From: Cytophagales bacterium
GTDB taxonomy: Bacteria; Bacteroidota; Bacteroidia; Cytophagales; Cyclobacteriaceae
Assembly (NCBI GenBank): GCA_020403045.1
Contig: JADBYK010000025.1
Coordinates: 71,136 to 135,135, forward strand
DNA length: 64,000 bases
Direction: 5' to 3'
Made by a program: the position numbers and the translations under genes. Below, piece after piece: positions 1-10,500 of the stretch (positions within the stretch are counted from its first letter, which is position 1; every line of letters begins with the position of its first letter). Below the pieces are notes generated by a model. It worked only from the letters and a program-made list of their open reading frames with translations, was not told where the DNA came from and ran no database searches.

Positions 1-2615
1 GGCTTAACGATTTCAATCTCGTCTTGATGAAGGTCGAACACTAATTCATCATGCACCTGCAAAATCATTTTCGTTTGTAGCTTTTCTTTTTGTAGCCAAC
101 GATGAATATTGATCATGGCAATTTTGATAATGTCTGCGGCACTACCTTGAATGGGTGCATTGATAGCATTGCGCTCGGCAAACCCACGAGTAGAAATGTT
201 GCGTGAGTTAATGTCGCGCAAGTATCTTCTTCTTCCTAAAATGGTTTCTACATATTCTTTTTCGCGAGCCAGGTTGATACTATCGTCCATATATCGCTTG
301 ATGGCAGCAAACTCTTTAAAATATGATTCTATGATTTCAGCCGCTTCCGTTCTGGAGATATTGAGATTCTGCGCCAAGCCAAATGCCGTACTGCCGTATA
401 AAATTCCAAAGTTCACTTCTTTTGCCTTACGCCTCATATCAGGTGTCACTTTGTCAATTTCCACTTTGAAGACTTTAGCAGCGGTTGTGGTGTGAATGTC
501 TCTTCCTAGTCGAAATGCTTCAATCATCGTTTCGTCTTTGGCAAAAGAGGCAGCGATGCGCAATTCGATTTGCGAATAATCGGCAGACATGAAAAGAAAA
601 TCTTTGCTGCGTGGCACAAAGGCACTGCGTATTTGTCTTCCCTTTTCTGTGCGAATAGGAATGTTTTGCAAGTTCGGATTGTTAGAACTTAGCCTGCCCG
701 TTGCAGCGACTGCCTGTCGGTAATCTGTATGTACCCGGTGATCGAATTGACTTACCATTTTTGGCAGTGCATCCACGTAGGTTGATCTTAGCTTTTCATA
801 TTCACGGTAATCCAATATCTTCTTGGCGATTTCGTGTTCATCAGCCAACTTAGACAAAACCTCTTCGCCAGTTGCATACTGACCCGTTTTTGTCTTTTTG
901 GTTTTATCCATCAGCTTCATCTTGTCGAACAAGATTTCGCCTAGTTGCTTGGGCGAGCCAATGTTAAATTCCTGCCCGGCTATTTCATATATTTCCTTCT
1001 GTACTTTTTCGCTATCTTTTCTCAACGCATCTGACATCAGTAGAAGGGCTTGTTCATCTAAAGCCACTCCTTCAAACTCCATTGCGACCAGCACGTGTAA
1101 CAATGGCATCTCCACATCACGCATCAGGCGCGAGTGACCTCGCTTCTCTAACTCCTTTTGCAATTTTATTTTCAATTGAAGCGTTTGATCTACACGTTCA
1201 AAGCGTGCTTGTGCTTCTGTTTCGGGTGATAGTTGATACCCCAGGTATTGATTGCAAATGATTCCCAAATCGTGTGAAGCTTCCGGCTCAATCAAATAAT
1301 GAGCAAGCATCGTATCGAAGAGGGTGCCTTTCACTTCGATACCAGTCTTTTTTAGGGCAAGAATTGGTAACTTAATATTATGGCCTACTTTAACGATGGC
1401 CTCGTCTGCAAACACCTCGCGAAATACAGAAACAAATTTTTGTTCAAGTTCAAAGGCTTCGGTAGGTGATGGCGAAATGAGCAACCCCGTTATCGCAAAA
1501 TCAAAATGATCTGCCTGATCGGTGAGTACTTCAAACGAAAATTCTTTCTGTCCTCTAAGCCTTGCAGCTAGCTGAGCTGCTTCCTCTTCATTGAGTTTTT
1601 TGTAGTTGACCGAAGATTGATCGAGGACTTTTTTTTCAGTCTCTTCAACGACAACAGCTGGTGTCTCCTCCCCCCCAAACATGGAAAGCTGTGCCGGTTT
1701 AGCAACTGCCGCTGGCGTGCTGACAACCGAGGTTCCAGCTGCTGTCGCAAAAATCCGGGGTGCCATGGTCTTAAACTCTAAGTCTTCGATAATCGGCTTT
1801 AGTTTTTCAGCATCCGGGCCAGAATACTCAAGGTCCTTTTCATTCCACTCTACAGGAACATCTAAAATAATGGTGGCTAATTTTTTTGATAAGGTAGCTT
1901 GTTCGCCAAACTGTTCTACGCGTTCTTTCAATTTTCCTTTCAGTTCGCTGGCATGTGCAATAATGTTCTCTACACTCTTGTATTGCTTCAGAAGTTCGGC
2001 TGCCGTTTTGGGCCCTACACCAGGTATTCCCGGAATATTATCGGAGGTATCTCCCTGCAATCCCAGGATATCGATCACTTGCGAAACATTTTCAATGTCC
2101 CACTTTTCACACACCTCTTTTGGGCCGAGAATATCTACCGAGTTGCCCATGTAGGCTGGTTTGTACAGCAAAATTTTGTCGGTGACTAATTGACCAAAGT
2201 CTTTGTCAGGCGTCATCATGTACACGGTGAACCCTTCTCGTTCGGCCTTCTTGGCAATGGTGCCGATGATGTCATCCGCTTCGTAGCCATCCATTTCCAA
2301 AATAGGGATGTTGAAGCCTCGGATAATGTCCTTTACTTTAGGTACACCTGCTCGAATATCTTCGGGCGTTTCTTGCCGGGTGGCTTTGTACTCGGTAAAA
2401 ATCTCATCGCGGAAAGTTTTGGCAGAGGTATCAAAGGCAACCGCTATGTGTGTGGGCTTTTGCTTTTGCAACACTTCAAGCAATGTATTGGTAAATCCAA
2501 AAGGAACAGAGGTATTAATTCCCTTGGAGTTGATACGTGGGTTTTTGGTAAACGCAAAATGGGCACGGTAAATTAATGCGTAGGCATCGAGGAGGAAGAG
2601 CTTTTTTTCGGGCAT
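1..2615 (-). CDS. polA: DNA polymerase I (3' end runs off the window)
   Basis: Manual translation from ATG 2615: MPEKKLFLLDAYALIYRAHFAFTKNPRINSKG (5'-3' exonuclease N-terminus). Polymerase motifs include SADYSQIELR and QVHDELVF near position 60. Missing from the ORF track because no stop lies in the window. Confidence 0.98.
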   Translation of the reverse strand, partial: MPEKKLFLLDAYALIYRAHFAFTKNPRINSKGINTSVPFGFTNTLLEVLQKQKPTHIAVAFDTSAKTFRDEIFTEYKATRQETPEDIRAGVPKVKDIIRGFNIPILEMDGYEADDIIGTIAKKAEREGFTVYMMTPDKDFGQLVTDKILLYKPAYMGNSVDILGPKEVCEKWDIENVSQVIDILGLQGDTSDNIPGIPGVGPKTAAELLKQYKSVENIIAHASELKGKLKERVEQFGEQATLSKKLATIILDVPVEWNEKDLEYSGPDAEKLKPIIEDLEFKTMAPRIFATAAGTSVVSTPAAVAKPAQLSMFGGEETPAVVVEETEKKVLDQSSVNYKKLNEEEAAQLAARLRGQKEFSFEVLTDQADHFDFAITGLLISPSPTEAFELEQKFVSVFREVFADEAIVKVGHNIKLPILALKKTGIEVKGTLFDTMLAHYLIEPEASHDLGIICNQYLGYQLSPETEAQARFERVDQTLQLKIKLQKELEKRGHSRLMRDVEMPLLHVLVAMEFEGVALDEQALLLMSDALRKDSEKVQKEIYEIAGQEFNIGSPKQLGEILFDKMKLMDKTKKTKTGQYATGEEVLSKLADEHEIAKKILDYREYEKLRSTYVDALPKMVSQFDHRVHTDYRQAVAATGRLSSNNPNLQNIPIRTEKGRQIRSAFVPRSKDFLFMSADYSQIELRIAASFAKDETMIEAFRLGRDIHTTTAAKVFKVEIDKVTPDMRRKAKEVNFGILYGSTAFGLAQNLNISRTEAAEIIESYFKEFAAIKRYMDDSINLAREKEYVETILGRRRYLRDINSRNISTRGFAERNAINAPIQGSAADIIKIAMINIHRWLQKEKLQTKMILQVHDELVFDLHQDEIEIVK

Positions 2616-2771
2616 CTTAGGTTCTTAAAACGCCTACAAGGTAAAAAGATTTATTCCGGCTTACCCACACATTGAGATGTACATCAATAAAGGCTAATTC
2701 ATGATCAGTTTTATAAGATCGACTAATAATGAGTGTAATTTGAATCATTCACTGACTGGACGAATCTAATT

Positions 2772-2873
2772 AACGTGTCCATTTTTTACAAATAAATGGA
2801 CACGTTGTCTTGTCAATCTCTATTTTTGAGCGCATTTTCGTATCATGTTCAGGTTTACAACAAATATGAACAT
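2772..2873. promoter_or_regulatory. Two inverted-repeat operators (RTGTYCA-N15-TGRACAY) flanking a TAnnTTTG -7 element upstream of fic
   Basis: AACGTGTCCATTT (2772-2784) / AAATGGACACGTT (2794-2806) is a perfect 13-bp inverted repeat. ATGTTCA (2845-2851) / TGAACAT (2867-2873) is a second. TATTTTTG lies at 2821-2828. Confidence 0.6.
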
Positions 2874-2879
2874 ATAAAT

Positions 2880-3995
2880 ATGGAAGCTTTTGACCGAAAC
2901 CAACCTTTTAACCAGCTTCCATTACTTCCACCTGGCATCCAGTTAGAAAATGATCCGCAAATACTTAAAAAGTTAGTAAGCGCTTCGCGGGCTTTGGCGA
3001 TGGTGAATAGCAACGTGCTTCGTTTGCCTAACCCATTGATGCTGGTAAACACCATTGCCTTGCAAGAAGCCAAAACATCAACCGCCATTGAAAACATTTT
3101 TACAACCGAAGACGAACTCTACAAAGCAATTTCTGATACTACCAAAGAGGCACGGGCTAACGTGGCTACCAAAGAAGTGCTTAAGTACAGCGAGGCACTT
3201 TGGAATGGTTACAACCAATTGCTAAGTGCTAACGAAATAAATCTTGAATTACTCATCTCCATTTTTCAAAAAATCAAAAGTACAAATGCGGGGATAAGGC
3301 CACCACAGGCGCAGGTGGTTATCAAAAGAGGTGAAAGCGAATTCAGACCTGGCGAAGTTGTTTACACACCTCCGCGGGGTGAGCAACTCCTGCTTACCTT
3401 ACTCAACAACCTGAAGCAATACCTCAACGATGATGTGAATGACACCACCGATCCACTAATCAAAATGTGTGTAGCCCATTATCAGTTCGAAGCGATACAT
3501 CCTTTTCAGGATGGCAATGGAAGGACGGGGCGCATTATGAATTTACTTTATCTCATTGACAAGGGCTTACTCGCTAAGCCGGTATTATACCTGTCGAAAT
3601 ACATTATTCAACACAAAGAAGATTACTATTACAAGCTGGGTGCCGTGACTACCCGAGGTGAATGGACACCATGGGTTTTATATATGCTCGATGCCGTGGA
3701 AAAAACATCGGTGCTCACCAACTCATTGATCAACGATATTGTACAGCAAATGGGCGCCACTCTCGAACATGGCAAGTCGAAAATCAAGTGGTATAACAGA
3801 GAAGTAAACGAGGCTATCTTCAGCCAACCCTATTGCCGATTTAAAACAATCGGCCAGGCAATGCAAACCACCTCACGCACTACATTAACGAAATACATGA
3901 GCGAGTTAGAAAAGGCTAAAATATTGACACCAAAAAAAGATGGCAAAGAAGTCTATTATGTGAATGATGACTTGGTGCGGATTTTGGAAGGGTGA
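2880..3995 (+). CDS. Fic family protein (class II, likely AMPylase) with C-terminal HTH-like region
   Basis: Catalytic motif HPFQDGNGRTGR and N-terminal inhibitory motif STAIEN. ATG 2880 (MEAFDRNQPF) preferred over 2796. Confidence 0.93.
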   Translation: MEAFDRNQPFNQLPLLPPGIQLENDPQILKKLVSASRALAMVNSNVLRLPNPLMLVNTIALQEAKTSTAIENIFTTEDELYKAISDTTKEARANVATKEVLKYSEALWNGYNQLLSANEINLELLISIFQKIKSTNAGIRPPQAQVVIKRGESEFRPGEVVYTPPRGEQLLLTLLNNLKQYLNDDVNDTTDPLIKMCVAHYQFEAIHPFQDGNGRTGRIMNLLYLIDKGLLAKPVLYLSKYIIQHKEDYYYKLGAVTTRGEWTPWVLYMLDAVEKTSVLTNSLINDIVQQMGATLEHGKSKIKWYNREVNEAIFSQPYCRFKTIGQAMQTTSRTTLTKYMSELEKAKILTPKKDGKEVYYVNDDLVRILEG

Positions 3996-4018
3996 ATTTT
4001 AGGAAGTAGGAACCGTAA

Positions 4019-4106
4019 TTTGCTAGACCCAACACAAGCGGAGGTAAAATTCCCAGTGGCATTTTTTTATAAAATAGCTTTATCAGATGTGGGCAAAACA
4101 CTAACT
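4019..4106 (+). pseudogene. Degraded fragment of a T9SS type-B (gliding motility-associated) C-terminal domain
   Basis: Reads FARPNTSGGKIPSG-(frameshift)-YKIALSDVGKTLT, matching FAGLTSGGNKISSGTYFYKIVPADAGKTLT at the end of the next relic. Confidence 0.55.
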
Positions 4107-4555
4107 CTATTCAGATTGCTATTCCGCCCGCAAGGGGAGCGCAAACTACCATTAGCAAGGGCATTCTCACGATAAACTACAAGGGTGTTGTTTTCTCAGG
4201 CAACGAAACGTTCAAAATTCGCGCCTGCGATCTGCCGGCTAACTGTCCAAAACAAAAGTTTACTATAGAAGTAGCCGGTCAGATTCTGGTGTATAACGCT
4301 GTATCGCCCAATGGCGATGGCAAAAACGAATTTTTGGCTTTGCAATTCATCAAATCGATATCGCCAAACAGCCAAGTGAGCATCTACAACCGATGGGGCG
4401 ATGAGGTGTTTTCCATTTCGGATTATGATAATAAAACACGCGTGTTTGCCGGACTTACCTCGGGAGGAAACAAAATTTCCAGCGGCACCTACTTCTATAA
4501 AATCGTACCGGCCGATGCCGGCAAAACCTTGACGGGCTTTATTTCATTAAAGTAG
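4073..4555 (+). pseudogene. 5'-truncated T9SS type-B cargo (last Ig-like domain plus CHU_C CTD only)
   Basis: Frame is open from 4073 with no ATG or signal peptide: ...ILTINYKGVVFSGNETFKIRACD...IEVAGQILVYNAVSPNGDGKNEF...IYNRWG...GTYFY. Colinear with the C-terminus of 7542..10961. Confidence 0.85.
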
Positions 4556-4651
4556 TAACGGCTATGAATGCCAAAAAACAGTCTTGAAATGGATTCGCTC
4601 TCAAATGATCATGTGATTTCAAGAGGGCGGACGATAAGCGATATTTGGAAT

Positions 4652-5053
4652 ATGAAACTATCCATCGCTACCCTGTTGGTGTTACTAAGTCTTTCCGCGA
4701 AAGCGCAGCAAGACCCGCTCTATTCGCAATACCTCAACAACCCATTTGTGCTCAATCCGGCCTATGCCGGCCTTACCAACAACCTTAATTTTTCGTTGGG
4801 CTATCGCAGCCAATGGGCAGGCTTTGAAGGCAGCCCGAAGACCATCAATTTCAACTCGCACATTTCCCCCCACGACAATAAGATGGGTGCGGGGCTAATG
4901 GTTATCTCGGACCAAATCGGGAACAGCACCATCAATGAAATATTTGGGAGCTATAGCTACCGCATCAATCTAACGGATAGCAAAATTTTGTCTTTCGGTT
5001 TGCAGGCCGGCATTGCCAACTACCAACTAGATAATTCAAAAGTAAATACGTAA
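4652..5053 (+). pseudogene. 3'-truncated PorP/SprF family T9SS membrane protein (133 aa versus ~300)
   Basis: MKLSIATLL...AQQDPLYSQYLNNPFVLNPAYAG is nearly identical to the N-terminus of the intact 10958..11869 copy. Stops at DNSKVNT*. Confidence 0.88.
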
Positions 5054-6228
5054 TAGTTGATTTCCTCTGCTAACTTCTAGTTCATTTCTGATGTTAGCTG
5101 CGGTTAGGGACGCGATTTCTCTCTCGCTTTTTTGATGTTGATACGTTGATTCAAGTGTCAGCGTAATATGCTGCGTTTCTTGATTAATAGCATTATCAGC
5201 ATAAATTTTGTTCTATTCGGCATAGAACACCGCGTTTTTAAAATCAGCTTTTCATCCTGAGAAACTCTGTAGCACAGAAAATGTGCTGGCGAAAACATGA
5301 TAAAGTTTCAATTCCCTTTCTATTGAATTGGCTTCCAGCGCATACTTTTCTGACAACATATAGTTTCCTTTTTTGAATAGAATATTTGCCATGTTGTCCC
5401 CGGCCTCACTTTGCAAAAGTCTATGATTACCTTTTTTATTGAGCTGATAAGATTTTAAGTAAGCCATGTATGCTCTCTCACTATCATTTATTTTTTAGTA
5501 GTAAAGCCCTAAGTTGTTTGCTACCATAGCAGCTATCATCTCGTTATCAATCAAATTACTTAATCTGATTGCTGAGTCTAGATAAATTTTAATCGTGTTT
5601 AAACCGCCTGTTTCGAGATACGCAAAAACAACATCGTGCGATGCCTCTCTTCGCTTGAATATTATCTTAGTATTAGTCCTTTTTTTCCATAGTCGATGGC
5701 TTTAGCATACTGTTTTTCATTGACGAAATTATAGGCCACTCGGCCATAATTTTGTGGCAGTACGTTTTTGATGTTAACAACGCGCGATTGATCAATTAAC
5801 ATAACCGCTTGTAAGGAATACTCAACGGAAGCCGCATAGTCGGTTTGGTAGCTGCGCAATGTTGCTAAAGCATCCAAACAGATTACTAGTTGCAATGTAT
5901 CTCTCGCAATTGTGGGAGAAGTCAACGTCTTTTCCAAATAGGAGGAAGCACTGTCATAAATTTGGAGATTCGTGTAGGTCATGCCCAGACGATACCATAG
6001 GTGCAACAGCGTTTTTTGACTTCCCATTCAATTCAATATGGGTAACGCCAGCTTTGCATACTTAAGCGTTGAGTCAAAATTTCCTTTTTCGTAAAAGTGG
6101 CGCTGTAGTCGAGTAAATGCTCATATTGAATTGCTATCGGAACTGGCACGGTAAGCCATATTCAATAGACTATTGGTATAGATTTTGGATTTATCTTGGG
6201 CTACTAAAAATTAACTACATCAAATCAT
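5040..6228 (-). pseudogene. Decayed TPR-repeat protein, probably the periplasmic part of a TPR sensor kinase
   Basis: TPR-like helices continue through several in-frame stops and a frameshift near 5600 (track ORFs 5662..6027 and 5252..5467 are pieces). Ends ...YQHQKSEREIASLTAANIRNELEVSRGNQLLRIYF*, the kind of linker that usually precedes a TM helix. Confidence 0.7.
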
Positions 6229-6419
6229 CCCCGCTAAGGCAAAATACAGTGTGCGCCATTTCATCCGTCTATAAAATTACGGATTGTTCCGTTCCGCCTT
6301 CTATCTGTTTTCAGGTATTTTTTGATCAACTAATTCATGGTTATCAGATATTGATCTTGGTTTAGAACAAGTGTATATTTAAATTTATAAAGTGCATTTT
6401 CACTTAACTAGTAAAAAAT

Positions 6420-7541
6420 ATGAAAAAAGTCTTCTTCTTAGTGGTAGGATTGATAGCAACCATCAGTGCCTTCTCAACCGTGCGCACGGTGAGCAGCAAC
6501 CCGGCAACCATCGGTCAGTTTACTACAATACAAGCTGCCATTGATGCCAGTGCCGATAGTGACACAGTGTATGTATATGGCAGCCCCAACAGCTATGCCA
6601 TTTTCACAATTCAAGATAAAAAGATAACGGTAATTGGCCCTGGCTGGAGCCCGGATAAAAATCTTCCACTTACGGCAACAGTTGACGGAGCCATCTTTCG
6701 AAATTCTCCAGCCGGAGGAAGCCCGGATGGTTCTGAACTTCAAGGCCTTATTTTTAATTCCAACGTTCGTGCCTCAGCTTTGAATGTGGGCGGTGATATT
6801 GGTGTCAATAATGTTCGACTCATAAGATGTCAATTTAATTTTCCGGTTACATGGGATTTGGCATCAAGTGGTTTTTTGATGGAAGGGTGTATTTTCTATA
6901 ATACGTTAAACTTTTCTGGTAGTCTTACCTATCAGAATTTTCTCTTTCAAAACAACTACTTCTACTTTTCGATTGGCTTCATCAGCACACAGATCAATTC
7001 ACTTACCAATAGTGTAAACGTACGATTCGACCACAATCTTTTCACGAGCAACAATAATAGTGGTGGTGGAACCGCCTCCGTATTCTTTTCCAGCCGCTTC
7101 CTTACTTTTTCCAATAACATTTTCAATCAAGCCAATGTGGGGAATAACGTCAGCTTCAGCACCTTCACTAATAACATTACTAATAACATTACTTTAAATT
7201 CTTCCAATGCAACTTCGAACGCTACCCCCTGGGCAATAAATAGCAACGTAGATGGCGGAGGCAACTTGGCCAACACAAGTCCCGGAATGGTGGATCAAAC
7301 AACCATCAACAACGGAAACTCATCTCCGAATCTAAACTTCACAATCGCCAGTGGGGCTGCCAATAATTCGGGTAGCGATGGCAAAGACATGGGGTTGCTC
7401 TTTGATGCTACCGGAAGTTTAAACTGGACCAACAGCCGTAACAGCCGCGTGCCACGCATCTTCAGCATGAACATCACCACACCTACCGTAACACCCGGGG
7501 GAAATCTAAGTGTGACGGTGGATGCACGGAAGAGCAATTAA
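6420..7541 (+). CDS. Secreted Asn-rich protein, probable parallel beta-helix
   Basis: Signal peptide, then TVRTVS...FTTIQAAIDAS..DTVYV (typical start of a pectin-lyase-like beta-helix) and repeated xFxNNxF stacks. No recognisable T9SS CTD. Confidence 0.75.
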   Translation: MKKVFFLVVGLIATISAFSTVRTVSSNPATIGQFTTIQAAIDASADSDTVYVYGSPNSYAIFTIQDKKITVIGPGWSPDKNLPLTATVDGAIFRNSPAGGSPDGSELQGLIFNSNVRASALNVGGDIGVNNVRLIRCQFNFPVTWDLASSGFLMEGCIFYNTLNFSGSLTYQNFLFQNNYFYFSIGFISTQINSLTNSVNVRFDHNLFTSNNNSGGGTASVFFSSRFLTFSNNIFNQANVGNNVSFSTFTNNITNNITLNSSNATSNATPWAINSNVDGGGNLANTSPGMVDQTTINNGNSSPNLNFTIASGAANNSGSDGKDMGLLFDATGSLNWTNSRNSRVPRIFSMNITTPTVTPGGNLSVTVDARKSN

Positions 7542-10500
7542 ATGCTATCTAGTACTTCCCGTTTTGTTTGCAAACTTTGTCCAAAGTCGTCCATTGACCG
7601 TGGACTGTGGACCCTTGTACTTTTTATTTTTCTTTCCGGAACTTCTATTCCTAGTTTTTCACAGAGCGTAGTAAGGGCAGAATATTTTTTTGATACAGAT
7701 CCCGGAGCGGGCAATGGAACGCTGATTTCGTTTACACCCACGGGAGGAGATGTTACTTTCACAACGAGTATTTCTACTGCCTCGCTCAGTCAGGGTTTTC
7801 ATCAGTTAGCCATTCGCCTGAAAGAAAGCGGTGGGTTGTGGAGTCAATTTGAAGCCCGTGGGTTTTACATTACAGCCTCTACTACCGATGTTGCAAATAT
7901 TACTGCTGCCGAATATTTCTTTGACACAGATCCGGGTCAAGGAAGCGGCACCCCCATTTCGGTTACGGCAGGAGCCACAACAAATTTTACAGTAAGTATT
8001 CCCACTGCAAGTCTCGGAGCCGGGTTTCACTTTTTAGCAATCCGCACAAAAGGAGCTGATGGAAAGTGGGGGATATTTGAAGGCCGCGGATTTTACATAA
8101 CAGCATCTACCAGCGATGTTCCCAACCTGGTGGCTGCCGAATACTTTTTTGATGCCGATCCCGGTAACGGAAATGGAACCCCTATCTCCATTACCGCGGG
8201 GGCAACCTCTAATTTTTCAGTCAGTCTTCCGGCTACAGGATTACAACCTGGTTTTCACTTTTTAGCAATCCGCACAAAAGGCGCGAACGGCAAGTGGGGG
8301 ATTTTTGAAAGCCGTGGATTTTATGTGACGGGCTCAACCACGGATGCTCAAAATATTACCAAAGCAGAATATTTTTTTGATACTGATCCCGGAAACGGAA
8401 ATGGAATTTCTATTCCCATCACACCAGGCGCTACTACTAACTTTACGGCAACCATTCCCATCACTGGATTATCAACAGGCTTTCATTTTCTGGCGGTCCG
8501 TACCAAGGGTGCTGACGGCAAGTGGGGAATTTTCGAAAGCCGTGGATTTTATGTTTCGCCTATTAATGCAACCGTGGGTGATATCGTGGCTGCTGAATAT
8601 TATATTGATACCGACCCCGGAGAAGACAACGGCACCGCACTCACCGTTACACCTACTGGGCCCACCATCAATCAGATTTTTCCCATTTCGATTACAGGAG
8701 TTACAAGCGGGGCTCACAAATTAGGTTTGCGAGTGAAAGATGCAAATGGAATTTGGAGTACTGTTGAAACAACCAATTTTAGTGTGCTGGCTTGCACACC
8801 ACCATCTGCGCCAACTGCGCCAAACGCCAGTCGCTGTAATAGTGGAACGGTCTTGTTAAACGCGACTGCCGGAGCAACTGGATCACAAGTCTATAGGTGG
8901 TATGCCGATGCAAGTACATCGACAATTCTATTTACCGGGCCATCGTTCACCACACCGAGTATTTCTGTCTCTACAAATTATTTCGTTTCGGTTTTCGACC
9001 CTATTACTTTATGTGAAAGTGCCCGCACGAGTGTCACGGCAGGAGTGATCAGCATTTCGCCTCCCATTCTAAATGTAACTGGTACTGTTACTATTTGTCA
9101 AGGGAACTCGATTACGTTGATTGCTCCTGCTGGCTTTTCAACCTATTTATGGTCAACAGGAGAAACCACTCAAACCATTTCTGTGAGCACCACTGGAAGC
9201 TATACGGCAACAGTAGGAAACGGAACTTGTTCAAGTGTGCCCTCAGCTGCTGCTTCTATCTCTGTTTCAGCAAGGCCAGCTAAACCCACCATTACAATAA
9301 CTGGAAGTTTGTTATGTGCGGGGCAGTTGATAACACTACAAGGACCGAATGGATTTAATTATTCCTGGTCGAATGGTGCAACTACACAACAAATTTCTCC
9401 AACTCAAGCTGGTAGCTATAAACTTACTGTGGCTGACATCAATGGTTGTACAAGCGTTGCTTCCGATGCTGTCATTATCAATGCTCCACCTGCAAAACCT
9501 TCCATATTCGTAGTAGGTACCACAACGCTATGTCAGGGTCAATCAACTACATTGGTTGGCCCAAGTGGGTTCACATCTTATTTATGGTCTAACGGGGCTG
9601 TTACTCAACAGCTCGTTGCGAATGCCGCGGGCAGCTATACATTGCGAGTCACGGATGCCGGAGGATGCACAAGTGTTTTATCCGACCCAGTTGTGATCTC
9701 TGTTAACCCAGCACCAGCCAAACCTTCTATTACAATAACAGGAAGTTTGTTATGTGCGGGGCAATTGATCACACTAAAAGGACCGAATGGATTTACCTAC
9801 GCCTGGTCCAATGGTGCAACTACCCAACAAATCTCTCCAACTCAAGCTGGTACCTATACGCTTACAGTGGCTGACGTCAATGGCTGCGTAAGTATTGCTT
9901 CTGATGCTATTATCATCAATGCTCCACCTTCAAAACCTTCCATATTCGTAGTAGGTACTACAACGCTATGCCAAGGTCAATCAACTACCTTGGTTGGCCC
10001 AAGTGGGTTTACATCATATTTATGGTCTACCGGGGCTGCTACTCAACAACTCATTGCGAATGCCGCGGGCAGCTATACATTGCGAGTCACGGATGCAGGA
10101 GGATGTGCAAGTGTTTTATCCGATCCAGTGGTGATCTCTGTTAACCCAGCACCAGCCAAACCGATTATCAACGCAGCGGGAGCAACAACCATTTGCGTTG
10201 GGCAAACCGTTTCTCTCAGCGGTCCAGGTGGCTTTGGATATGTATGGTCAACAGGTGCAACCACACAACAAATTTCAGTTGGTCAAACGGGCAGCTACTC
10301 GCTCATTGTACGAGATGCACTGGGATGCACGAGCGCTTTATCTGATGCCATAGTGGTGACGGTTAATCCCTGCGATCCCACGGACAATACCCGCCCCCCT
10401 GTGATTCAAAATAAAACGATCACGGTTCAAGTCAACGGAAGCACCACCTTAAGCCTGGTTGAATTAATCACGGATGCAGACAATGATTTGAATTTAACCT

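Noticed and set aside
151-2576. Plus-strand track ORFs within 151-2576
   Set aside because: Antisense shadows of polA with no recognisable motifs. The same applies to most short opposite-strand ORFs over long genes elsewhere in the window.
7665-10155. Regularly spaced repeats that might suggest a CRISPR array
   Set aside because: Periods of 228-438 nt, in-frame and protein-coding, with no short identical repeats with unique spacers and no cas genes.
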